Positions 8,174 to 16,504 of a DNA stretch of 64,000 bases are shown here, in pieces. A program made the position numbers and the translations under genes. Below the pieces are notes generated by a model that worked only from the letters and a program-made list of their open reading frames with translations, was not told the origin of the DNA and ran no database searches. Numbering within the stretch: position 1 is the first letter of the stretch; every line of letters starts with the position of its first letter. This stretch comes from a virus (Duplodnaviria > Caudoviricetes): IMG/VR virus record IMGVR_UViG_3300025759_000062, positions 1 to 64,000 of that record; one strand, 5' to 3'.

Positions 8174-8449
8174 TTAGTGTGCCCAGTATAAGTTGGGTAC
8201 AACTTCACCAGTAATGTTGTTTACTACTGGCTTATCTGTGATTTCAAGTGGCAACTTGTCACCTACTTGTAGCTTCATAGAAGCGGCTAACTTGGCATCA
8301 ATTGCCGTAAAGCCAAATTTCACATCTTCAGTTTGTACACGTACTGGTACTTCAATTCCGCCAATTTGTTTTGTTTCCATTGTTTGGCTCAATGGAGCAG
8401 TGCTGGTTACTATACCTTTGCCAGTCTGCGTGAACTTGTAAAAATACAT
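8174..8449 (-). CDS. Early protein, paralog A (MYFYKFTQT...PNLYWAH)
   Basis: Start set by alignment to 8600..8887; highly similar protein. Confidence 0.85.
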   Translation of the reverse strand: MYFYKFTQTGKGIVTSTAPLSQTMETKQIGGIEVPVRVQTEDVKFGFTAIDAKLAASMKLQVGDKLPLEITDKPVVNNITGEVVPNLYWAH

Positions 8450-8599
8450 ATGCTTTTGTTTTATGATTAATAGCATGATGTGGCTGGGGAGAGGGATAAA
8501 TAGTGTCTGTAGCAAGTGTGTGAGTGGGATAATATGTGAGGGGTAATAAGTCCCTGTAGCAGGTTTCCTTTGGGGAAGCTTTTACACTTCCCCTTTGGC

Positions 8600-8887
8600 T
8601 TAGTGAGCCCAGTACAGGTTAGGTACTACCTCTCCTGTTACGTTGTTCACCACCTGCTTGTCAGTCAACTCCAATGGGAGCTTATCACCAACTTGCAGAT
8701 TCATCTTGCTTGCTAGCTCAGGGCTAATAGCAGTAAATCCAAACTTAACATCTCCTGTTGCACCAGTCTGTTCTCTGACTGGTACTTCTACACCACCAAT
8801 CATCTTGGTAGTAGTGTTAAGTCCTGTGAGAGGCTCTGTGCTTGTGACAATGCCTTTCTTTGTTTGAGTGAATTTGTAAAAATACAT
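8600..8887 (-). CDS. Early protein, paralog B (MYFYKFTQT...PNLYWAH)
   Basis: Tandem duplicate of 8174..8449; first gene of the minus-strand arm. Confidence 0.85.
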   Translation of the reverse strand: MYFYKFTQTKKGIVTSTEPLTGLNTTTKMIGGVEVPVREQTGATGDVKFGFTAISPELASKMNLQVGDKLPLELTDKQVVNNVTGEVVPNLYWAH

Positions 8888-9139
8888 AAGCGTATATGTT
8901 TAAATGATAGGTACCACTTGTGCGGGGGTACCCTAACCGCGTAATGTTGCTGGGGAGTTGTATAGTATGACCCTCTCAGAACTTAAAACACACAAATTTT
9001 GCAGTACCGTGGGGGCATTGTTGAAAAATAATTCTCTCTGGTAGAGGAGCAGATCCCAAATTTTGGGGGTATAAAAATTTCTTAACCCCCTTTTATTTTT
9101 GTATCTTGTGTTTATAAGGGATTTCTAAAGCACAGTATT
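8888..9139. other. Divergent strand-switch region between the early and late arms
   Basis: All credible genes to the left are on minus and all to the right on plus; locally GC-rich with G/C runs and hairpins. Confidence 0.8.
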
Positions 9140-9454
9140 ATGGACCATAATGAAGAAAACTATGATGATTGGAATGATCCTATGTTTGAGGGTCTTTCAG
9201 AGATAGAACAAATAGAGCAAGAAGAAGAACTAATTGCTTTGGCCTTTAATAACTCTTATAGCATTATTACTAGGGAGGTAACCTTTGATGAGTTGCTTAT
9301 TCGTAATGAGGGTGCTATTGACGGGGTCACAACCGTGGCTCATGACGTTGAGAACGGTCCCACTAGCAATGATCTAGAGAATATAATCATATACTTTCAG
9401 GAAAGAGAGGAATATGAGAAATGTGCTGTAATACACAAGATGCTTACAGCGTAG
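9140..9454 (+). CDS. Acidic protein with C-terminal UVR-like motif
   Basis: YFQEREEYEKCAVIHKML resembles the UvrB/C coiled motif. Confidence 0.65.
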   Translation: MDHNEENYDDWNDPMFEGLSEIEQIEQEEELIALAFNNSYSIITREVTFDELLIRNEGAIDGVTTVAHDVENGPTSNDLENIIIYFQEREEYEKCAVIHKMLTA

Positions 9455-9885
9455 TGTACAAACTAATTGCAATATTGTACATTCTGTTATGCAATGTTGC
9501 GTATGCACAGGAGTGTACCCCTTATAAATCACCTAAGAATTACTTACTGGATAATAATAAGTCTGCTGCTATAGGGTATGTAGCATGTTTACATGCAGCT
9601 GGAGTTGTAGCTGAAGTAGGGTATGATAGGATGTTTGTAGGTGTACTGGCTATGGGAGATGGTCATCATGGTGCTACCTACTCTTTTTTGCAGTATGAGA
9701 TACCTTATGGTAGATCTAGAATGTATATAGGGCCCGCATATAGATTAAATCATAACTCAAGTCTATTGATTGGTAGAGCTGGTTTTGATTATAGGCTTTA
9801 TAGAAGGATTTATAGTTCTGCAAGCGTACTTCAAATAAATCGTAATCTCAATTACTTACACGTAGGAGTAAAAATAATCCTTTAA
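9454..9885 (+). CDS. Putative small outer-membrane beta-barrel protein
   Basis: Signal-peptide-like N-terminus ending VAYA-Q; amphipathic strands; C-terminal YLHVGVKIIL; probable GTG start at 9454. Confidence 0.55.
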   Translation: MYKLIAILYILLCNVAYAQECTPYKSPKNYLLDNNKSAAIGYVACLHAAGVVAEVGYDRMFVGVLAMGDGHHGATYSFLQYEIPYGRSRMYIGPAYRLNHNSSLLIGRAGFDYRLYRRIYSSASVLQINRNLNYLHVGVKIIL

Positions 9886-9889
9886 ACTT

Positions 9890-9919
9890 TTTGTATTTAA
9901 ACTTAGTTTGTTATATTTG
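9890..9919 (+). promoter_or_regulatory. Bacteroidota sigma70-type promoter (TTTG ... TATATTTG)
   Basis: Matches the -33 TTTG / -7 TAnnTTTG consensus, upstream of 9946. Confidence 0.55.
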
Positions 9920-9945
9920 TTACTGAACATATAAAATCAACAATT

Positions 9946-10239
9946 ATGTCAGAACAAGAACAACCGCAAGAACTCTCTAAAGAAGAGTTGAAGCAACGTA
10001 GAGAGGAGATCACTGCTTTCTACAAAGAGAACATCAAACATCTTAAGGTTCAAAGAGAATATGAAGAACTACTTAGAGATGTTGAGAAGGCACGTGCAGA
10101 ACGTGTACAAGCACAAATGTTTTTAGCACAGGCTTTTGGTTCAGGCCAAGAAGAGTCTGATGAGGAAATGAGTGAAGCTGAAAGAGAATTTGAAGCTGCT
10201 ATGTCTGAAGAACCTCGTAGAACACTAAAACGTACATAA
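9946..10239 (+). CDS. Coiled-coil acidic hypothetical protein
   Basis: ORF track; TAATG coupling to the endolysin gene. Confidence 0.8.
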   Translation: MSEQEQPQELSKEELKQRREEITAFYKENIKHLKVQREYEELLRDVEKARAERVQAQMFLAQAFGSGQEESDEEMSEAEREFEAAMSEEPRRTLKRT

Positions 10240-11156
10240 TGGAAATGCTAAGAGAAGGTTCTAAGGGAGCCGCAGTTAGAAATTTACAAAGAGCATTGAA
10301 GATTAACGTTGATGGTATTTTTGGTCCTGGTACTAAAAAAGCCGTAATTAGATTTCAATTAGGCTCAGGTCTTACTGCAGATGGTATTGTAGGAAATGAC
10401 ACATGGACTTTACTTCTTAGTAGAGGACCAGAGACTGAAGCAATTGATGAAGACACTGATACTATGGAGCAATACTTTACAACTCCATATGATCAAACTA
10501 TTCATAGACATTACTTACCAAAAGGGGAATACCTAGATGGACCTATTAGTAATGACTATATTTTCTTACATCATACAGCAGGATGGAATAATCCATATAA
10601 AACTGTTGATCACTGGGGTAGAGATAGCAGGGGGCGTGTAGCCACTGAATTTGTACTAGGGGGTCAGAAGATCACAAATGGTGATGATGAGTATGATGGT
10701 GTTATGGTACAAGCATTTCCTGAAGGAGGATATGGTTGGCACCTAGGAAAAACAGGTAGTGGCTTTATGAACCGTCACTCTTTAGGTATTGAGATTAATA
10801 ACTTTGGTTATTTGACAAAAGATCTAAAGACATATGCTGGCCAAAAGGCTCATGAATCTCAAGTATGTACATTGAAGGAACCTTTTAGAGGTTACACCTA
10901 TTGGCATAACTATTCTGCAAGACAAATAGAAGAGTTAGAGAAATGGCTTAAATATGTTGCTGAAAGAGATAACGTAGATATACGTATTGGATTAGTACAA
11001 TGGATTAAAAAGTTTGGACCAAACAAAGCATTTGAATTTCAAGAGGATGCTTACTATGGTAAAGTTAAGGGTCTTTTAACTCACACCAATGTGAGAAGAG
11101 ACAAGTTTGATTGTTACCCACATCCAGACTTAATTGATATGTTATTAAGTTTATAA
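10239..11156 (+). CDS. Endolysin: peptidoglycan-binding domain plus N-acetylmuramoyl-L-alanine amidase (Amidase_2)
   Basis: VRNLQRALKINVDGIFGPGT...DGIVGNDT PG_binding_1 pattern; LHHTAG, SLGIEINN, THTNVRRDKFDC amidase motifs. Confidence 0.9.
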   Translation: MEMLREGSKGAAVRNLQRALKINVDGIFGPGTKKAVIRFQLGSGLTADGIVGNDTWTLLLSRGPETEAIDEDTDTMEQYFTTPYDQTIHRHYLPKGEYLDGPISNDYIFLHHTAGWNNPYKTVDHWGRDSRGRVATEFVLGGQKITNGDDEYDGVMVQAFPEGGYGWHLGKTGSGFMNRHSLGIEINNFGYLTKDLKTYAGQKAHESQVCTLKEPFRGYTYWHNYSARQIEELEKWLKYVAERDNVDIRIGLVQWIKKFGPNKAFEFQEDAYYGKVKGLLTHTNVRRDKFDCYPHPDLIDMLLSL

Positions 11157-11157
11157 T

Positions 11158-11529
11158 ATGGCATTAGTAAATAAAGTAGATCAAAAGGCTAAAGTAAATC
11201 TTGACACTACAATACAGTATCAGATTGTTACTTACTGCTTCTTTAATCAAGTACAGATCAGCAACTCTGATTTAAAGTGTTTGGCTGAGCTTGCAAAGAG
11301 TGGAGAAGTAGAGCTTACTTTTTTCTGCCTTCACGTGACTGATCTGGGGATTTTTAAAAGTCCTCAGTCAGCACGTAATGCAATTACAAAAGCAAGCAAG
11401 AAAAATCTTGTAATCAAAGACGGTAAAAATAGAAAGAAAATTTTCTTGAATAAAGAAATGAATGTACAAACGTCAGGAACTGTTTTATTAGATTATAAAA
11501 TTTTAGGAGTTGAGACCCAAGAGTCATAA
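11158..11529 (+). CDS. Hypothetical protein, possibly winged-helix DNA-binding
   Basis: ORF track; SPQSARNAITKASKKNLVIK helix-wing pattern. Confidence 0.6.
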   Translation: MALVNKVDQKAKVNLDTTIQYQIVTYCFFNQVQISNSDLKCLAELAKSGEVELTFFCLHVTDLGIFKSPQSARNAITKASKKNLVIKDGKNRKKIFLNKEMNVQTSGTVLLDYKILGVETQES

Positions 11530-11878
11530 AGATTTTAAGAAAGGTATTGCTGAAAAGGTAGGTGTACACCCAGAAGTTGTAGATGATTTTATAACTTTTT
11601 ACTTTGGTAAACTTAGAAAGCACCTTTCTAATTTAACTTATCCTAGTATAAACGTAACTGGTTTAGGTACGTTTCACATTAGGAAGAAAATACTCAATAA
11701 GAGTATTAAGAAGAATAAGAGTATGCTTGGTAATCTTGTTAAGAATACGTATGATGGATATGAAAAACATCTAACAGTAGTTGAAAGACTTGAAAGAATG
11801 GAAAACATGAAAGGTATGATTGACAAAGTAGATCAAGAAAGAAGAGAGTTTAAACAGAAAAGAAATGAATCTAAGTAA
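11510..11878 (+). CDS. HU/IHF-like DNA-binding protein
   Basis: IAEKVGV...INVTGLGTFHIRK matches the HU/IHF signature. Confidence 0.7.
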   Translation: MRPKSHKDFKKGIAEKVGVHPEVVDDFITFYFGKLRKHLSNLTYPSINVTGLGTFHIRKKILNKSIKKNKSMLGNLVKNTYDGYEKHLTVVERLERMENMKGMIDKVDQERREFKQKRNESK

Positions 11879-12167
11879 ACTAATAGAGGCTTTTAAGAAT
11901 CTTGATAAGATTGGTGAGGGTGTTTATAGAACACTTTTTACCAAAAAAGAAGTGGAGATTGTTGCAGAAGAAAGAATGAAAATCTGTAATGAATGTGAAC
12001 TACTTGATAATCAAGGAGATAGCTGTTTTGCTCCTGGAACACAACCATGTTGCTCAGACTGTGGTTGTAGTTTGAAATTTAAAACTAGGTCATTATCATC
12101 AGAATGTCCACAAGGTAAGTGGTCAGCTTTAATGACAGAAGAACAAGAAGAACAACTAAATTTATAA
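11865..12167 (+). CDS. Cys-rich putative Zn-binding protein
   Basis: ERMKICNEC...CCSDCGC...KTRSLSSECPQGKW. Confidence 0.75.
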   Translation: MNLSKLIEAFKNLDKIGEGVYRTLFTKKEVEIVAEERMKICNECELLDNQGDSCFAPGTQPCCSDCGCSLKFKTRSLSSECPQGKWSALMTEEQEEQLNL

Positions 12168-12169
12168 TT

Positions 12170-12370
12170 ATGACTGTTTCAGAAATAGTAAAAGATCTTT
12201 TGAAATATAAAATGATCACACAAGAAGCGGCAACTGTATTGCTTAGAGCAGAAGTTGACGCTATTGCATATAGAATAACAAATAGTGATGTTAGTAGTAC
12301 ATATGATTTTGAAAGCCTTAAAGAAATTGGTATTTGGACTACAACAACAACTAATGATAAACTAAAATAA
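12170..12370 (+). CDS. Hypothetical protein (MTVSEIVKDLL...)
   Basis: Start reassigned to ATG 12170, just after the upstream stop. Confidence 0.65.
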   Translation: MTVSEIVKDLLKYKMITQEAATVLLRAEVDAIAYRITNSDVSSTYDFESLKEIGIWTTTTTNDKLK

Positions 12371-12371
12371 T

Positions 12372-13190
12372 ATGGCAATAGTATTTAAAGAAGAAGGTCA
12401 TGTTTATGAAAGTGTAGACCAAGATAAAATAAACTGGACTAGTGTAACTTCTTTTGTTGGTATGTTTAAACCTAAGTTTGATGCTAAGGCACAAGCAAAG
12501 AAGTCAGCTAAGAATAAAAGATCTAAGTGGTATGGTATGACTGAAAAAGAAATACTTGCTGCTTGGGATAAGGAAACAGAAAGAGCAATTGGATTAGGTA
12601 ATTGGTATCATAACCAAAGAGAAGCAGATATGCTTGACTTTAAGACCATTGAAAGACATGGTGTAGAGCTACCTATTGTAAAACCTTTATTTGATGAAGA
12701 TAATGGTGCTAAAGTTGCTCCTTTTCAGAAACTAAAAGACGGAGTATATCCAGAACATTTGGTTTATTTAAAGTCGGTTGGATTATGTGGACAAGCAGAT
12801 TTAGTGGAGATTGTAAATGGGTATATTAATATTACAGATTACAAGACAAATAAAGAAATTAAGGAAAAAGGATTTACTAATTGGGAAGGTATAACATCTA
12901 AAATGTATAATCCAGTTAGTCATTTAGATGACTGTAATTTGAACCATTATAACCTACAACTCAGTATTTATGCGTATATTATTAAAAAGCACAACCCTAA
13001 ACTGAAGATTGGTAAACTTACCATTCAGCATGTAAAATTTAAACAAGTTGGGGTAGATGAGAATGGTTATCCAATCAATGAACGTGTTAATGGTGAACCG
13101 GTTATTGAAGAGATTAAAATGTATAACTTACCATATTTAAAAGATGAAATTAATAGTCTTATAATGTGGTTCAAAGACAATAAAAAATAA
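12372..13190 (+). CDS. PD-(D/E)XK-family nuclease
   Basis: SVTSFV, GNWYH, GLCGQADLV, ITDYKT, HYNLQLSIY motifs. Confidence 0.85.
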   Translation: MAIVFKEEGHVYESVDQDKINWTSVTSFVGMFKPKFDAKAQAKKSAKNKRSKWYGMTEKEILAAWDKETERAIGLGNWYHNQREADMLDFKTIERHGVELPIVKPLFDEDNGAKVAPFQKLKDGVYPEHLVYLKSVGLCGQADLVEIVNGYINITDYKTNKEIKEKGFTNWEGITSKMYNPVSHLDDCNLNHYNLQLSIYAYIIKKHNPKLKIGKLTIQHVKFKQVGVDENGYPINERVNGEPVIEEIKMYNLPYLKDEINSLIMWFKDNKK

Positions 13191-13441
13191 TGGCAAAATT
13201 AGAATTTACAAAATTAGATAAGATATCAGAAAGACCCGTTACTTATAGAGAGAGTTTAATTACTGTTGAATCTAATTTTATTGAATCATACTATGGATTA
13301 GTATATGAGAATAATACTCCAGACGATGATGTTACAGTATTAGTGACAACTGGAACTGCAGCTTCTTTAACTGGTCCTTATCTTGTTAAAGGTTCTTATA
13401 GTGAAATAAAAGCATTTATTGAAAATACACCTCAACCATGA
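13190..13441 (+). CDS. Hypothetical protein
   Basis: ORF track; translationally coupled on both sides. Confidence 0.75.
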   Translation: MAKLEFTKLDKISERPVTYRESLITVESNFIESYYGLVYENNTPDDDVTVLVTTGTAASLTGPYLVKGSYSEIKAFIENTPQP

Positions 13442-13956
13442 TAGTAAGATTATTTGACGTACAGAATGGTAAAGTTATACCAACTGAACATTGTTATACA
13501 TTAGAATTTTTAAAGGACTTGATGGAAGAATATCCTGATACATACATGAGTATATATCAATATTTATTTTATATGTCTTGTCCTAATCCAGATTTAAACC
13601 CATTTTTTAATTTACCAGAACATGAAAAAGAAGATATTATAGTAGAACAGGTTGGACTAGAAGAATCAACTGAAGATTCTAAAATTAGATATTCATTGGA
13701 CATGTGCAGAAAGCTTTATGAAACTCCAACCTATAGAGCGTATGTGGGTATTAAATCTATGCTTGATAGACTAGCTAGATATATGGAAACCACACAGATT
13801 GAACATGGACGTGATGGAAATATTAATTCTCTTGTAAATGCTGCAGCCAAGTTTGAACAAATTAGAAACTCTTACAAAGGAGCTTTTAGTGATATGAAAG
13901 AAGAACAAGAAAGTCAAGTCCGTGGTGGTGCAGGTTTAGCTTATGATCAAATGTAA
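13438..13956 (+). CDS. Conserved crAss-like protein upstream of TerL (possible small terminase subunit)
   Basis: Position in the packaging module; helical; ends VRGGAGLAYDQM; function inferred from synteny only. Confidence 0.5.
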   Translation: MIVRLFDVQNGKVIPTEHCYTLEFLKDLMEEYPDTYMSIYQYLFYMSCPNPDLNPFFNLPEHEKEDIIVEQVGLEESTEDSKIRYSLDMCRKLYETPTYRAYVGIKSMLDRLARYMETTQIEHGRDGNINSLVNAAAKFEQIRNSYKGAFSDMKEEQESQVRGGAGLAYDQM

Positions 13957-14031
13957 TGACTACTAAAAAAGAAAAGTGGGTATTCTGTTATTGGGATGAA
14001 CCCGTTGATTTAAAACCAAATAAAACAAAAA

Positions 14032-14313
14032 ATGAAAACAAGAATAGTTCCCGTAGGGAAAAAGGTTCTAATAAAACCTAAAGAAGCACAAAGAACAATA
14101 CCAGGTACTAGTATTATAATTCCAGATTCAGCATTAGAAAAAGTTTATCAAGGTTATGTAATAGCCGTGGGTGCTGAAGTAGAAGAGATCAAGATAGGAA
14201 ATCTTATTCAATATGCTGATTACTGTGTACCAACTGAAATGAAACATGAAGGAGAAGATCATTACTTGATTAATGCAGGTGATGTATTTGCAGTAATTGA
14301 GACTATTGATTAA
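14032..14313 (+). CDS. groES: Co-chaperonin GroES (Cpn10)
   Basis: IVPVGKKVLIKP...IIIPDSA..GYVIAVG...IKIGNLI...LINAGDVFAVI. Confidence 0.85.
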   Translation: MKTRIVPVGKKVLIKPKEAQRTIPGTSIIIPDSALEKVYQGYVIAVGAEVEEIKIGNLIQYADYCVPTEMKHEGEDHYLINAGDVFAVIETID

Positions 14314-16502
14314 TGTTTATTGAAATCCCAACATATAAATCCGGAGTATGGACAACCACTTCTTTTGAAACAAGAGAAGACTTCACTGATTTTATATTTT
14401 CTATATTTAAAGAACCGGGATTATATAACTTCAATGAAACAGCTTTTTTGTTTAATCAAGAAGCTAGAAACTTCAACAAAGATGGTTTTTATTGTGGTGC
14501 TCCTTTTAGATCTAGGGATTTTATAAACTACTGGGATGATCAAAAGAATAAATGCCGTGTAGGAGTTATTTACAAAGATAAATCTAATACATGGTTTCTT
14601 ACCAGAGATTATTACATGTGGTTAAACTTTCTTCCAATCTATGATAAAGAAGAGAAGAAGTATGGTTTTGCTAAAGTAAGGGATGCTCAATATCATATGG
14701 CTCTTTATGAGCTATTAGCTGAGCTTAACTATAAGCACTCTGCTATTCTAAAGAAACGTCAGATTGCATCCTCTTACTTTCACATGGGTAAGATTATTAA
14801 TACGTACTGGTTTGAAGAAGGTAGTACGTGTAAAATTGGTGCATCACTAAAAGATTATATAAATGATAAAGGCTCATGGAAGTTCCTAGATGAATATAAG
14901 ACATTTCTTAATGAGCATACTGCCTGGTATAGGCCCAGTAACCCAGAGAAAGTTCTATTGTGGCAACAACAGATTGAGGTGAAAGTTGGCAATAGAAAAA
15001 CATCTAGAGGTCTTAAATCTAAAATACAGGGTGCTTCCTTTGAGAAAAACGCTACAACGGGTGTAGGTGGTCCAACAACTTACTTCTTTCATGAGGAGGC
15101 AGGTATTGCACCTAAGATGATGCAGACCTATGAGTATTTACGTCCTGCAATGTCATCAGGCATGGTTACAACTGGTATGTTCATAGCAGCTGGTTCTGTG
15201 GGTGATCTGGATCAGTGTGAACCTCTTAAGGATATGATACTAAATCCTACAGCAAATGATATATATGCTGTAGAAACTAATTTAATGGATGCTGATGGTA
15301 CAATCAACATGGCTGGTTTGTTTATACCAGAACAATGGTCTATGCCACCACACATTGATAAGTATGGTAATTCACTTATAGAACAAGCATTAGAAGCTAT
15401 TAGATTAGAAAGAAAGAAATGGAAAGCTGATCTTAATCCAGAACAATATCAATTACGTATTTCACAGAAACCAACTAATATTGCTGAAGCTTTTGCTTAT
15501 AGAAAAGAATCTGTTTTTCCACAAGGTATATTATCTAAACAACTTAAGAAGATTGAAGACAAAGAGTATGCATATGAGCATATTGAACTTGAAAGAACGC
15601 AAGCAGGAATAGAAGCAAAGCGTTCACAGAAACTTCCTATATCAGAGTTTCCTGTAAATAAAAAAGCACAGGATAAAACTGGTTGTTTAGTTGTATGGGA
15701 AAGACCTGTAGCTAATCCTGAGTTTGGTGCTTATTATGCTTCTATTGACCCCGTATCAGAAGGTAAGACAACTACATCAGATTCTTTGTGTAGCATATTT
15801 GTTTATAAGAATTCTGTAGAGATTACAAGAGAAACTCCAGCTGGATTAGAGCAGTTTATTGAACCAGCCAAAATTGTAGCTGCCTGGTGTGGTAGATATG
15901 ATGATATCAATAAAACACATGAGCAGTTAGAGTTAATTATAGAATGGTATAATGCTTGGACTCTTGTTGAGAATAACATATCTCTTTTTATACAGCACAT
16001 GATTGCCAAGAAGAAACAAAAATATCTTGTACCTAAACAACAGATTTTGTTTTTAAAAGATCTAGGTAGTAATAGAACCGTATATCAAGAATACGGCTGG
16101 AAGAATACTGGTACTTTATTTAAAAGTCATTTGATATCTTATGCAATTGAGTTCCTTAGAGAAGAGATTGATATAGAAACAGATCAAGATGGTAATGTAT
16201 TAAGTAATACTTTAGGTATTGAAAGAATACCAGATCCTATGCTTCTAAAAGAAATGTTAGCTTATTACCCTGGGTTAAACGTGGATAGATTGGTGGCTTT
16301 CTCTGCTTTGGTAGCTTTTGCCAAAATTCAAGAGTCAAACCGTGGATATTTGAAAAGAAGAGAGTCAGAATCAGATAATTCCTTGGATAATTCAAAAAAT
16401 TTGTATAAATTAAAGTATAGTCCGTTTAAAAATTTAGGCCGGGGTAAAACTAGTATTGGTGGTAAAAAAATTAAAAGGTCTGCCTACAAAAATTTTAGAT
16501 AA
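14313..16502 (+). CDS. terL: Terminase large subunit
   Basis: Walker A region LKKRQIASS, Walker B FFHEEAG, nuclease ASIDPV...DS, LVENN, NVDRLVA; directly upstream of the portal gene. Confidence 0.92.
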   Translation: MFIEIPTYKSGVWTTTSFETREDFTDFIFSIFKEPGLYNFNETAFLFNQEARNFNKDGFYCGAPFRSRDFINYWDDQKNKCRVGVIYKDKSNTWFLTRDYYMWLNFLPIYDKEEKKYGFAKVRDAQYHMALYELLAELNYKHSAILKKRQIASSYFHMGKIINTYWFEEGSTCKIGASLKDYINDKGSWKFLDEYKTFLNEHTAWYRPSNPEKVLLWQQQIEVKVGNRKTSRGLKSKIQGASFEKNATTGVGGPTTYFFHEEAGIAPKMMQTYEYLRPAMSSGMVTTGMFIAAGSVGDLDQCEPLKDMILNPTANDIYAVETNLMDADGTINMAGLFIPEQWSMPPHIDKYGNSLIEQALEAIRLERKKWKADLNPEQYQLRISQKPTNIAEAFAYRKESVFPQGILSKQLKKIEDKEYAYEHIELERTQAGIEAKRSQKLPISEFPVNKKAQDKTGCLVVWERPVANPEFGAYYASIDPVSEGKTTTSDSLCSIFVYKNSVEITRETPAGLEQFIEPAKIVAAWCGRYDDINKTHEQLELIIEWYNAWTLVENNISLFIQHMIAKKKQKYLVPKQQILFLKDLGSNRTVYQEYGWKNTGTLFKSHLISYAIEFLREEIDIETDQDGNVLSNTLGIERIPDPMLLKEMLAYYPGLNVDRLVAFSALVAFAKIQESNRGYLKRRESESDNSLDNSKNLYKLKYSPFKNLGRGKTSIGGKKIKRSAYKNFR

Positions 16503-16504
16503 GT

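Noticed and set aside
7812-8515. Long N-terminal extensions of ORFs 7812..8144 and 8174..8515
   Set aside because: Non-ATG starts running through hairpins; paralog alignment and leaders support ATG 8012 and ATG 8449
3061-8867. Plus-strand ORFs 3061, 3324, 3963, 6445, 8193, 8643
   Set aside because: Antisense shadows of better-supported minus-strand genes
8920-9070. G-quadruplex from four G runs
   Set aside because: Runs are 25-55 nt apart and several are better explained as hairpin arms
12372-13190. Cas4 as part of a CRISPR system
   Set aside because: Lacks the four-Cys Fe-S cluster pattern and any array; a PD-(D/E)XK nuclease near terL is usual in crAss-like phages
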